Of a stretch of 64,000 nucleotides of DNA, positions 29,287 through 39,652 are shown piece by piece. Under the pieces are notes generated by a model that worked only from the letters and a program-made list of their open reading frames with translations, made no database searches and was not told the origin of the DNA. Made by a program: the position numbers and the translations under genes. The DNA comes from Diplonema japonicum (taxonomy: Eukaryota; Protista; Euglenozoa: Diplonemea), in NCBI GenBank assembly GCA_964019335.1, contig OZ025673.1:248001-312000 (forward strand), written 5' to 3'. Position 1 is the first letter of the stretch; each line of letters starts with the position of its first letter.

Positions 29287-31785
29287 TCACGAAGCCTTTA
29301 CATACTGGAGGGGGATCGTATTCCACCCGGAGTTGTCGGCCCATTCGACGGCACAGCTACTGTCCTCATTAACGTGGGATATGATGGCAGGGAACCAACC
29401 ATCGTTGCCCCAAGCTGCAAGGACGCTCTGACCAAAGTGGTAAGGGGTGTCATTGTTCACAGGAGCAGGCTTTATGTCAGACGATGGCAACGAACATCTA
29501 GAACCATCTTCGAAAAGCACGACACACGTGTTGTTGGGCTCCCTGCCTGCGATACGGGCAACCCATTGGTCCCCGCCCCATTGCGCAACAACCTGTTGCC
29601 CCAACAAGAACGTGTGACCAGCAGCCGCGCCTTCAACATCCTTTCTAACTTTTCTCCGCGACGAGCTTTTCCTCGGCGGGGTCACCGCAGTGTGATGCCC
29701 ATCCCACCTACACCTAACAAGAACCCCAGAGTTGGTATCCCGCATCATCGAGTCCTTTAAGGCGACTGTTCGAAACCCTTCAAGAATACACTGTGCAGGG
29801 AGGACAGCTTCTCCTAAAATGTCTCCACCGTCATCTCGTATCTGGATGATCAACGTGGACATTTCAACACTGGCAAGGCTGAAGGTCTCTTTGAAATCCC
29901 ATGTTGGGTTGAACCCGTTGTTCTTCACAACACGAGATCGGGAGGACTTTTCGTCATCACGAAGCCCGGATATTTTCAAGGTGACAAACGGGTCAACCAC
30001 CTCTCCCTTATGGCGTTGTTGGGGTTTGGGTAGATTCCAAGCACGGAGGACCGACACGGATAAAGACGCAGGTTTAGCATCCGTCCAGTTGTGCCCGTTT
30101 TCGCGAAGCTGGACTGGTTTCAAGAGGTATCCACAACCACCGTTGTCTTGGAAGCGTCCTATGTTCAAGCGCAGCTCTTCGCTCGACTGTGTTTGGTAGT
30201 TCAACGCAACGACCTGGCAGCCCATGTTCCAAGCTGGTTGTGGGTTGTAGTTTGCAGAGTTGACACGGAAGCCTGCTGGGTACACCCTCGTCATCATGTG
30301 CATGTTCATGTCGGTCAGGTCTTGTGGTGTTTTGGTGTACAGTTCATCGACCTTCCCTTCGGGCATGGATGCGATGTGTGTTTGTTGTTGTCGTTGTCCT
30401 GCTTCACCTGAGATTCTATCGGCTGTCATCTTCACAGATGCGAGGTACACCAAAGCGGATAAAGACGGGTGGACGCCTTTTCTGCTGTTTGGGTCCTGTT
30501 TTCTCGCTTCTTCGATCTCCTCGTTCTTCTCGTCGTCGCTCTCGTCCCCCCAGTACTGCTCCCCGTCTGGGGTGGTCTGAACCGACATGTCGCCTGTTTT
30601 ACCTTTTATCAGAATCTTACGTTTCAGGCTTTCTGGGGTTTGGGTTGCCGTGTCACCGTCGCCGGTGAAAAGCGCGGTTTTGAATATTTTTTTCATATGC
30701 TGGGCCATGCGTTCCTGTTGTTTCAGTGATGTGTGCACCTCCAACGAGAGGATGACGGGGTACAGAGAGGTGGCGAACGCGTGCTGGTTGATCGTCTCGA
30801 TTACATCAGAGAAGAGGATCTTCGTCGTCCGCGTGTACCCGTGGTAGATCACAGGCTCGCCGTCTGGACCATCCCAACAGTCAAGCTCCACACACCGACA
30901 TCCCCAGATAAGCGCGTTCTTGTACATATCACAACTAGACTCTCCTACAAGCTGGCCTTTTGTCAAATAAGTGTTATGTGATGACGCGATGTAGTAATGG
31001 TGCAACGGAAGGGTCATGTCTTGGTACGGCTTTTGTATCTTGGAAGCGTCGAGGAGTGCGTTTAGTTGCGTGTCGAGCAAGTACTCTGTGAAGCCTTCTA
31101 GTGATATGCCTTCGTATCGGTCGCCGTCTTCCCGCACGCCGTGGCGCTCGAGGATATCTTCGGTCGCCTCGTTGTGCTGTTCTGTGTTGAGAAACCTCTC
31201 CAGCTCACGAGGGGTCATGATTTTAGCACCGTCCCTCGTGAATCTGTAAAAGATGGATTCTATGTCTGGATAAGTGTCGATTTCCTGCCAGAGCGTGCGG
31301 TACTCAGCAAAGGTGAGAGATTTGTCACCATTTGTGTCGTGTCGTTTGAGGAGCTCAGTGAGACGTGAGCCTGCAGCTGGCATGTTAAGCTGTTTGAAGG
31401 CATTGGCAAGTTCTTTTGAGGACATTGATCCATCGCCATTGGGGTCGCCTCGTATCCATGAAGCAACCATTCTTATCTCCGACTGGCTTTCGGTTTTGCA
31501 CCCTGCAAGGGATCGGGCGGTTAGTTTTTCTAAGTGTGGTTCCATCTCTGTTGTTTTCCCGGCTTCTTTGCACACTCTTAGAATGTCTCCCCAGCCCACG
31601 TCTGGGTATTCTCGGTGGAGTGACAAGGCCACTACTTTTGCGGAGCCATCTAGCTTTCGTCTTCGGTCGCTTGCTGAGCCCTTCTCCGCCTCCTTGGACA
31701 GTTCTCTTATAACATTCTTAACTATCGGTCTCAGTACCGCGTCGTCCCATTCCTTCCCTGTTCCCCCGGAACAGCATTGTCCCAT
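29287..31785 (-). CDS. PLC: Phosphoinositide-specific phospholipase C (EF-hand, X, Y, C2) with N-terminal acylation motif and C-terminal tandem Tudor-like domains
   Basis: MGQCCS; EF-hands DPNGDGSMS and DTNGDKSLTFAEY; YYIASSHNTYL, GCRCVELDCWDG, IYHGYT, TRVYPAGFRVNSANYNP, GCQVVALNYQT; C2 DPFV...NNGFNPTW. Confidence 0.96.
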   Translation of the reverse strand: MGQCCSGGTGKEWDDAVLRPIVKNVIRELSKEAEKGSASDRRRKLDGSAKVVALSLHREYPDVGWGDILRVCKEAGKTTEMEPHLEKLTARSLAGCKTESQSEIRMVASWIRGDPNGDGSMSSKELANAFKQLNMPAAGSRLTELLKRHDTNGDKSLTFAEYRTLWQEIDTYPDIESIFYRFTRDGAKIMTPRELERFLNTEQHNEATEDILERHGVREDGDRYEGISLEGFTEYLLDTQLNALLDASKIQKPYQDMTLPLHHYYIASSHNTYLTKGQLVGESSCDMYKNALIWGCRCVELDCWDGPDGEPVIYHGYTRTTKILFSDVIETINQHAFATSLYPVILSLEVHTSLKQQERMAQHMKKIFKTALFTGDGDTATQTPESLKRKILIKGKTGDMSVQTTPDGEQYWGDESDDEKNEEIEEARKQDPNSRKGVHPSLSALVYLASVKMTADRISGEAGQRQQQTHIASMPEGKVDELYTKTPQDLTDMNMHMMTRVYPAGFRVNSANYNPQPAWNMGCQVVALNYQTQSSEELRLNIGRFQDNGGCGYLLKPVQLRENGHNWTDAKPASLSVSVLRAWNLPKPQQRHKGEVVDPFVTLKISGLRDDEKSSRSRVVKNNGFNPTWDFKETFSLASVEMSTLIIQIRDDGGDILGEAVLPAQCILEGFRTVALKDSMMRDTNSGVLVRCRWDGHHTAVTPPRKSSSRRKVRKDVEGAAAGHTFLLGQQVVAQWGGDQWVARIAGREPNNTCVVLFEDGSRCSLPSSDIKPAPVNNDTPYHFGQSVLAAWGNDGWFPAIISHVNEDSSCAVEWADNSGWNTIPLQYVKAS

Positions 31786-33709
31786 GGTTGGTTCCTCCCC
31801 TCCCTATTTTTTGTTTGTGGGAGAAGAAGCTTGAGAAACAAAAAAAAAAAAAAAAGAGTATTGCATACGGAGGTGGTGGGGATGGTTGTACGAAGAAGGG
31901 GAGGGGGGGGAGGGGATTAGTTCCCTTTAAATTTCCTTTTTTTTCTTCTTTTTTCCTGGCTTTTTTTTTTTTTTTTTTTTTGTTTGTAGGGACAGGTATC
32001 CCATGGGGCCATATAAGGGTTGTTTGCTAGGAATGGGCCTTTTTTTGGACTCAAAAAAAAAATGAAGGGAAGGAGGGGAGCGGGGGGATAATAATTATTG
32101 AGGACTTTCTCATAAAAGAAAATTGGAAGAAAAAAAAAGAATGACTTTAGTTTCTTCATACCCACCGCGATGTTGCTCTCCTTCTGCGAGTGAAGGATGC
32201 ATGACTGAGTTGCGGTAGGTTGCTGTGGTCCGGCACGAGAAGGGGCCGTCGACAGCGCTGTGGAGGTCCCCCCGTACCCTGTCTTCCGCATAAAATAAAG
32301 AAGAAAAAAAAAGGCCTTTCGCAAGAAGAAGAGTTCACCAAGAAAAAAAAAAAAAGAGAAATATTTTCGTTTCAAATATCATTGAGTGGGAAAGGAGGTT
32401 AAAGCCTCTTTAAAAAAAAAACCCCCCCAAAAAAAATAACGTTTTTTTTTCTCGTAGAAACTCTGAGGAAGAGAAACGGAGGGGAAAAAAAAAAAAGATA
32501 ACTATATTCAGGGGGGAGGGGGAAAAAAAAAAGAGGGGGGGAACAGAAATATGAAAATCGATAAAGTGAGCAAATTCTCACATTATTATTATTATTATTA
32601 TTATTATTTTTCTTTTTTCCTTCGGGTTTTTTTTTTTTTTTTTTCACTACCGTCTTTGGAAATAGATACAGCTAAGAATACGAAGGTTCGAGTGAGGGGC
32701 CTCTTTTTCTACTCACGCGACAAATCAAAGATTCAAAAAAAGAAAAGGAAAAAGAAAACCGCACACAAACACACACGAAGGAGAACCACACCGTCGTCGC
32801 ATTCTCTTTTTATAGCTATTATTTTTTCTTTCTCCTTTTCTTTTTCTTCCGTTCCCATAAATGTTGCCTATCTTCCTAATCTTATTCATTCTAGAGTAGG
32901 GGGGGGGGGGGGGGGGGGAGTAATGGTAAGAAAAAAAAACGGGGGAAAATCAGAAAAACTCAGTCTACTTCTTGGATACCCTCCAGCTTTTCTTCTTTTT
33001 TAACAGCTTACCAAAAAAAAAAAGTTTTTTCTGTCCCCAGTGAGTGACGAAAGGTACAACGCTAATCTTTTCTTTCCCCCCCGGGGGTAAGCAAGTCCTC
33101 TATTTTTTCTCTCACATAGGGGGGGAGGGGGGGGTTTGAAGTGTCGTTCAGCGAGATTCCCTTAAATAATATTTTTATCCGTTTTCTGTAATCGTGTCCT
33201 GGCGAACGGCTCTTCACCAGGGTGGGGAGAGCAGGGGGAGTAAACCCGTAGGGGATAGGGAGCTTCTTGAGATCTCAGACGAGCCTCAAGAAGAAAGAGA
33301 GAAGAGATTTTATTTCCCCTTCCCACCCACTCATTGCCCCTCTCTTTCTCTATCTCTTTTCTTTTTCGTTATTATTGTTACAAAGGATTATACTATTATA
33401 CTATAGGAAAAAAAGAAGAAAAAAAAAAAAACCAGGCGCAATAAAGAGTTTCAGTATTTTTTTTTCGCGCAGCGTATCAAATGCAGCAAAGCTTTTTGTG
33501 TCCCCCACATTTTCCTTCTCTTGTTTTAAAAATAGAAAGAAAAAAAGAGGGGGGGGAGGGGAATAATGGAAATAGTTGTACAGGGCGCAGAGTGGGATTT
33601 TCTTTTTTTTTTTTCTTCTTTCACCCCCCCTTTTTTTTTTCCTCATTCAGTAGTTCGGAAATGGGAGAAAAAAAAATAGAACTTGAAATGAAGACAGTAT
33701 CCCTGCCGT

Positions 33710-34402
33710 CTAACCTGGCAGTGTTTTCAAGCTAGATTTCTTGGGCAGCTCGGCATTTGTAGGTGTGAAAGAAGAGGCTGTTGCACAATCTGCTTCGATT
33801 ATTGTGAAATGTGTATCAAACGAAGGTGACCGTATGGCAGGGTGGTGCTGACGACTAAGCCGCGAGGGCGGCTCCGAACTCTGCACAGCAGGAGCCTTCC
33901 TGTGCGTCACTTCCACAGCCACCGCATTGTCGTAATATCTATAGAAACAAGTCAGCACGAATGGGAGCACAAATATCACATAAATCAACACCAAAGACAG
34001 AAGAACAATAACAGCAGGATTGATGTCGTTTGGCGAACACAAAGTCTGCACTTTTGGTGTTTCTGTAGCATCTTGCGATCCTGTAAACTGGCAGAGTATT
34101 ATCAAATCAGTCAAGGCGTCCCCTTCTGGCACTGTCGCTTCGAAGCCCAGTTCGCCGTTCAGCCAGAAGCACCCGGAACCACCACCGATGCTTGTGTTCA
34201 CCTTTGTACTTTCGCCTACATATATAGCTCCTATTTCACATTGCCGTGCATCGGTTATAGAGGAATAGCCCTGGGGACATTTGTACTTCCATCTCATGAA
34301 GAAATCATCTCCCGCACAGAGGCCGAACTGAGCGAATAGTGCAGCGACACATAAGATGCTCACGATGTTGGGGGGTCCTTGATGGTCCCCTAACGGGGGC
34401 AT
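33710..34402 (-). CDS. Hypothetical single-pass (type I) membrane protein
   Basis: Signal-like hydrophobic N-terminus, Cys-containing ectodomain, TM AVIVLLSLVLIYVIFVLPFVLT; ATG at 34402. Confidence 0.75.
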   Translation of the reverse strand: MPPLGDHQGPPNIVSILCVAALFAQFGLCAGDDFFMRWKYKCPQGYSSITDARQCEIGAIYVGESTKVNTSIGGGSGCFWLNGELGFEATVPEGDALTDLIILCQFTGSQDATETPKVQTLCSPNDINPAVIVLLSLVLIYVIFVLPFVLTCFYRYYDNAVAVEVTHRKAPAVQSSEPPSRLSRQHHPAIRSPSFDTHFTIIEADCATASSFTPTNAELPKKSSLKTLPG

Positions 34403-34417
34403 GCTCCCCCCCACCCC

Positions 34418-34459
<42 letters not shown>

Positions 34460-35008
34460 GAACGGTGAGATATAAAAAAAAAAAAATATAAAAGGATAGT
34501 AGAAGAAAAAAAGAAGAAGAAAAAAAAAACAGATATTTCACGTTCTCTCTTTTTTTTTTTTTTTTTTTTTGGTTTACAAGGAAGTTGTTCCCAGCAACTC
34601 AAAGAAAGAGGATGTGAGTCCGTCCGGGAGAAAAAAAAAATGTCAACAAACTGACCCTCCTAGGTAGCGGTTAAACCACGTTAAATTTCTAAGTAGAAAA
34701 GTAGTCCGACACCACTTTGCGGTTTAAACTTGATCACCATATACGTCAATGCTCGCCGTTCTCTTTTTTTTTTTTTTGGTTTTTGGCGTTTGGAAATTAT
34801 AAATAACGCAGATTGAAAATCTGTGAAACCTTTTGGGGCCATTTTGGCTTGGACTCTTAATGACTAAATTGGGGTGGGGGTAAATACTGCCACCCTCATG
34901 GCATAACAAGCATCGCAATTGAAAGAACAGCAAGAGGTGTACCACTACCTATGGTTGCATGCTGTCTCCTATTTTTCTTTTTTTTTTTTTTTTTTTTTGG
35001 CGCTTTTG

Positions 35009-35053
<45 letters not shown>

Positions 35054-36074
35054 GTTGACATTTTAATCTGGACGAGCTCATATAAAAAGGGGAAAAAAAA
35101 AAAAGAAAAGAAAAAGTACCAGCTTCTGAGGCATCACATTCTACCTGCACCCGCCCAACGAGGCGACAGCACTCTGTTTACTTTACTTTACAGATGTCAA
35201 TAAAAGATCGATAGGTCTCTGTAGCTACATTTACCCACCACCATACCGCCCTGACAAGAAGTTCCATTTTCTTTGCCCTGCAGGCGCCAACCTTAGATGG
35301 GCCCCATTCAAATGCGGTTTGGTAAATGTAAAGTGGTGCCTGCCTCTACCCCCCCCCCCCCCCCCCCTTCCCTTTCAAAAAATAACGCCTTGAATAAAAT
35401 AAAGGGGGGAAGGCAAGAAAACGAAAATAACTGAACGCGTGGAAAGAAAAGAACCAGTAGGAAAAGAATAAGAAAAAAAATATAGATAATTTCTTTTTTT
35501 TTTTTTTTTGGAGAGATCAGGTTATTATTATTATTTTTTTTTTTTTGATGTTTTCTTTTTCTTCATCATTTTTATTCGGCTATGCTCATGTGAAAACTGC
35601 TGAGCCAGAAAGGTTTTATACAGCACTGGCATTAAAATTTCGAAAGAAAAAAAAAAAAGAAACACATCGAGTAAAAAAAAAAAAGTCAGGTCCTGGGTTG
35701 TAGTTAATGCAGCACAGTGCTTCTTTATTCATTTATAAAGGCTGAAAGAGGGTTGCTGTTAAGGTCAGGTCTCTTTTTTTTTTTCTTTCTTCCATTCATT
35801 TTTTGTAGTTCTTCCCCGGTAGCACACAACTTTTTTATAAAAAAAAAAAAAAAAAAAGTTCGTTCTTTTTTGTGATGGGGAGAAATATTTTGATTTCTTT
35901 TTTTTTCCCCCCTCCTTAACGTTAATACCCACCCCAATGATGGCGGAACGGATATCAGTCAAAAAAAAAAAAAATTATTTCCTCTAAAATTTTTAAGTCA
36001 GAAGTGTAACTTTCGTCGAAGGACCCGTGGACTGACTAAGCACGTTGCCACTCCCCCTTTGATTTAACCAAGAA

Positions 36075-36108
<34 letters not shown>

Positions 36109-36724
36109 GTGTTTTGCAAATTAGTCCATTTCATTTTTTTTTTGACAAAACGGTATCAGTCCTTCTTTTTTTTTTTTCTTGTGTGGGTTTAGAAAGAAAG
36201 AAAAAAAAAAAAACCTAAAAATAGAAAAGTAAACATCAGGACAAGAGGGGGAGGGAGCAGCCACTACAAAAGAAATGCGACAAGTTTGGCAACACAGCGG
36301 AGGGGCATCAGCTTTTTTTTTTTTCTTTTTCTTTTTTTGGCTCCGTGCCCTTTCTTCTTTTTTTTTTTTAAATTTTCGTCAGACATATCTCCAAAAACCC
36401 ATCAAGCCCCCCTTAGAGAAGCCCCTTTTTCGTAACTTTGCTTTGATGGTTTTAAAGAATATGGAACGTTAATAAACTAGTATGGGGGGGGGGGTTCATT
36501 TACTTTTTTCTTTTGCTCTTCTCCCCCCCCCCCCCCCCCCCCTTCAGAATTCCCTTTAACCATTCAACGACTTAACACACCACTTGGGGTTCTAGGTCAC
36601 CAAAATTGGCAGAGCTCAGTCAGTTTTTCTTTTTTCTTTTTTCTTTTTCTTTACCCCTCCATTTTTTTGAAAATTTTGTTTTGTTTTGACGATCACCTAC
36701 ATAACTTGCCTGTGGACTTTTTAA

Positions 36725-36758
<34 letters not shown>

Positions 36759-36851
36759 GGCATGACTACGATCGAGGGGGCACGCGGGCCCTCTATCACT
36801 GAGATGAGATATGGAACAGCCAACTTGCAAAATCTTCCTGAATTCCCTGGC

Positions 36852-36886
<35 letters not shown>

Positions 36887-36889
36887 GAG

Positions 36890-36950
36890 TTAAAGGAGGC
36901 CGGTGTTGGCGGCGCCCTGCACAAGAACTGTCTACTTGATTACAGGCGCG
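36890..36950. repeat. Dispersed structured repeat family A, copy 3
   Basis: TTAAAGGAGGCCGGTGTTGGCGGCGCCCTGCACAAGAACTGTCTACTTGATTACAGGCGCG followed by poly-A. Confidence 0.75.
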
Positions 36951-38394
36951 AAAAAAAAAAAAAAAAAAAAGAGAGAGAGAGAGATCCCAAACCAATCACT
37001 CGAGAAACTACAAAATAAAGAGATTTCCCTTCACTGTTCCCTCCCCCATTTCTTTTTCTTCTTTTTTCTTCCCCCCCCCCCCCTTCCGCAGAAAAAACTT
37101 AGAACAGAAAGTGAAATGGTCTCTAAAAAAAATGCTGATGTGATTATCCACATACCCTTCGCCTCAATTCCAAAAAGAAGTTGATACTCTAAACAGAGGG
37201 CTTTCCAATATACAGCTGCAAAAAAAGGGGAGGGTGGGGGGAGAGGAGGGAAAAGATAACAATAAAAAGAAGAGTATGGAAAAAAAAAAAAAAAAAAAAC
37301 AAGGATAGGTTGGGGGAAAGATTATAAAAAAAAATAAAATAAAAAACATCTGCTGAAGCCGGGAAGGACCTCACCCTCTTGGCCCAAATTAATGACAAAA
37401 AAAAAAAAAAAACACCAATCGGGCAAAAAAGAAAATGGGAGTAGCCTCAATAGAGGGGTCCCTATTTTATTTTCTCAGTATTTCTGCAGTAGGCCATTTT
37501 TTTTTTTTCCCCTTTCCGATTCCAGCTTCCTAGATCCAAAGTGAACAATAAAAAGACCCGGCATGAGACGGGGGAAAAAAAAGAAGAAAAAAAAGATGGG
37601 TGTACAAAAAAGATAATGAACAAAGGGGGGGGGGGGGGGGGAGTAAAAGGGGGACGAAACCTCGACTTTAGAGGTTCTCTCCCCATTTTTTGATCCTTCA
37701 TCTTACGCCTTCAGCTGTTCCCAAACCTATCCTCGAACACCCTTCCCCGTCAAAGGGGAAAAAAAAAGAAGAAGAAGAAGAAGAAAGAAAAAAAGGCCAA
37801 AGGGTGGCCACTCCCCTACCCCTTTACGCCTTAGCTAGAAAGTGGAGGAAGAATAAAAGAGAGAGAAAAAAAAAACATTCTTTTGTGTGGGTTTTTTTTT
37901 CGCTATGTTGATTGCCTACTGAAGTGCAAAAAATAATAATGGAGGGGGGGGGGGGTGGAAAGAAAAATAAATAAAAGTACCATACAATACCTGACAATAG
38001 GGGGGGGGGGGGGGGGTTGGAGAAAGAAAGAAAGAAAGAAAAAAGGTGATACATTTGCAGAATAAACTTTAAAAAAAAAAAAAGAAGAAAGAAAAAAGAG
38101 TTTCCCCTCTCTGCCTCGCTTCGCCGCTCCCCCCCATCGTTGGTGTGAGCTTAAAGTTTGCTGGTGTGCGGTGTTTGCCAGTACCTAGGCTGGGAGGTGC
38201 TTCCTTGAGCACTCGATATTGCCCTGTTTATGTAACTACATCACCCCCCAGAGAAAAGAAGAAAGCCAGCGATGGTGCTAGGATATCAGGATGGCACTAG
38301 ACAACCAGAACTTTAATCACAATGTAAGGAAAGGAGAGAAGAAGAAAAAAAAGAGTCCTGTGTGCGTGGTTATCTTATGTTATTTATCACATTG

Positions 38395-38425
<31 letters not shown>

Positions 38426-38542
38426 TTTCGTGTATGTTGTGTGTGTGCCCCGAAAGAAAAAAATGGGGGGGAGTAGATAATAAAACATATATGCATGTTT
38501 TCCATCCACCCACTACATCACCCCCCTCCCCCCTCTTAGAAG

Positions 38543-39490
38543 TCAAGAAGGTGGGTTCCCAGCCAGAGAAGGAGGCGTAACCGGAATAGGTGGCGCCAAG
38601 GAAGCAGAAGAGGTGTATTCATTAGCATTTGTGTGGTTGTTGTTGCTGCTGTTGTTGATGTTATTGCTGTTGTTCATTCTTTTCCCGAACTTCTCCAGCG
38701 CCAATACAAATCTTTTTTATTTTTTTTTTGAAAAAATTATTTTTTTTTATTTGTCCACACCCGAGGTTTGGATTTATCACCCCCCGCTTTCCCTTGACGA
38801 AATCAAATGACTGCTCGAACCCCCAATTGTGGTGCTTCATCAAATAAGCTATTACAAGAGTGGCAGACCGACTAATACCCTACGATAAAAAAAAGAAAAA
38901 AAAAAAAACATTTCTTTTTTTCAAAAAAAAAAAAAAATAAAAAAAACCTTCCGACATTGGACAAGCACACGGCCCTGAGCCCGGTGTGTGCTGTCTATGA
39001 ACTCGAACGCCTTTTTAAAATGTTTTTCGATTTTTGCATCAGACGAATCGTTCACAGCGACCACGCAACAAGGAAACCCAAGAGGCGGCAAAGGTGCAGC
39101 CTCACATTCACTCCTGACGGACAGCACACTGGTGACCCCTAGGCGCCGGAGCTGTTTTTTTTTTTTTTTTTTCCCCTCCAAAAAAAAAAAAAAAAATTGC
39201 ACCTGTTCCTCACTTTCCAAGTCATCCCTCGCTCCCAACAAAATCCAGCTGTTCACGACGGATGCACCAGGCCACGCACCAGGGGAAGGGGCCACTCCAA
39301 TCTTTTTGCACTGCAGCACCGGTTGGTGGGATGTCTGTGCAAATGTTGTGTCGATCGTGAGCTCCCCCACCACCTTCTTGTGAGCCTTTCTCATGTTCGA
39401 CTCTTTCCCTCTCCTGAAGCCCGCCATCCCCAACGACCTCCGAACCGCCTGTCGCGCCTCTTGTCCTGGCGGCTCTGCCATAGCCAACAT
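38543..39490 (-). CDS. Dual-specificity protein phosphatase, 4 exons
   Basis: Exons 39490-39203, 39151-38948, 38879-38761, 38711-38543; introns of 51, 68 and 49 nt (GT-AG). The spliced product gives VLVQCRK|GISRSATLVIAYLM...INPNL-GFVLAL. Confidence 0.9.
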
Positions 39491-39652
39491 CCCTCGCCCC
39501 CCGCCCTTGGAAAAAAAAGAAAAGAAAAAAATGAGGGGAAAGAGGGAAGGGGAAAAAAAAAAAAGTTTTTTAAAACGAGTGTAAATGGAGGGAATTAAGG
39601 TTAAAAAAAAAAAAAAAAAAAAGTCAGGCGTCTAAGGCTGCCACGACTAGCA

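Noticed and set aside
38236-38526. Direct repeat ACTACATCACCCCC (~38236 and ~38513)
   Set aside because: Short and partly low-complexity, with no element features between the copies.
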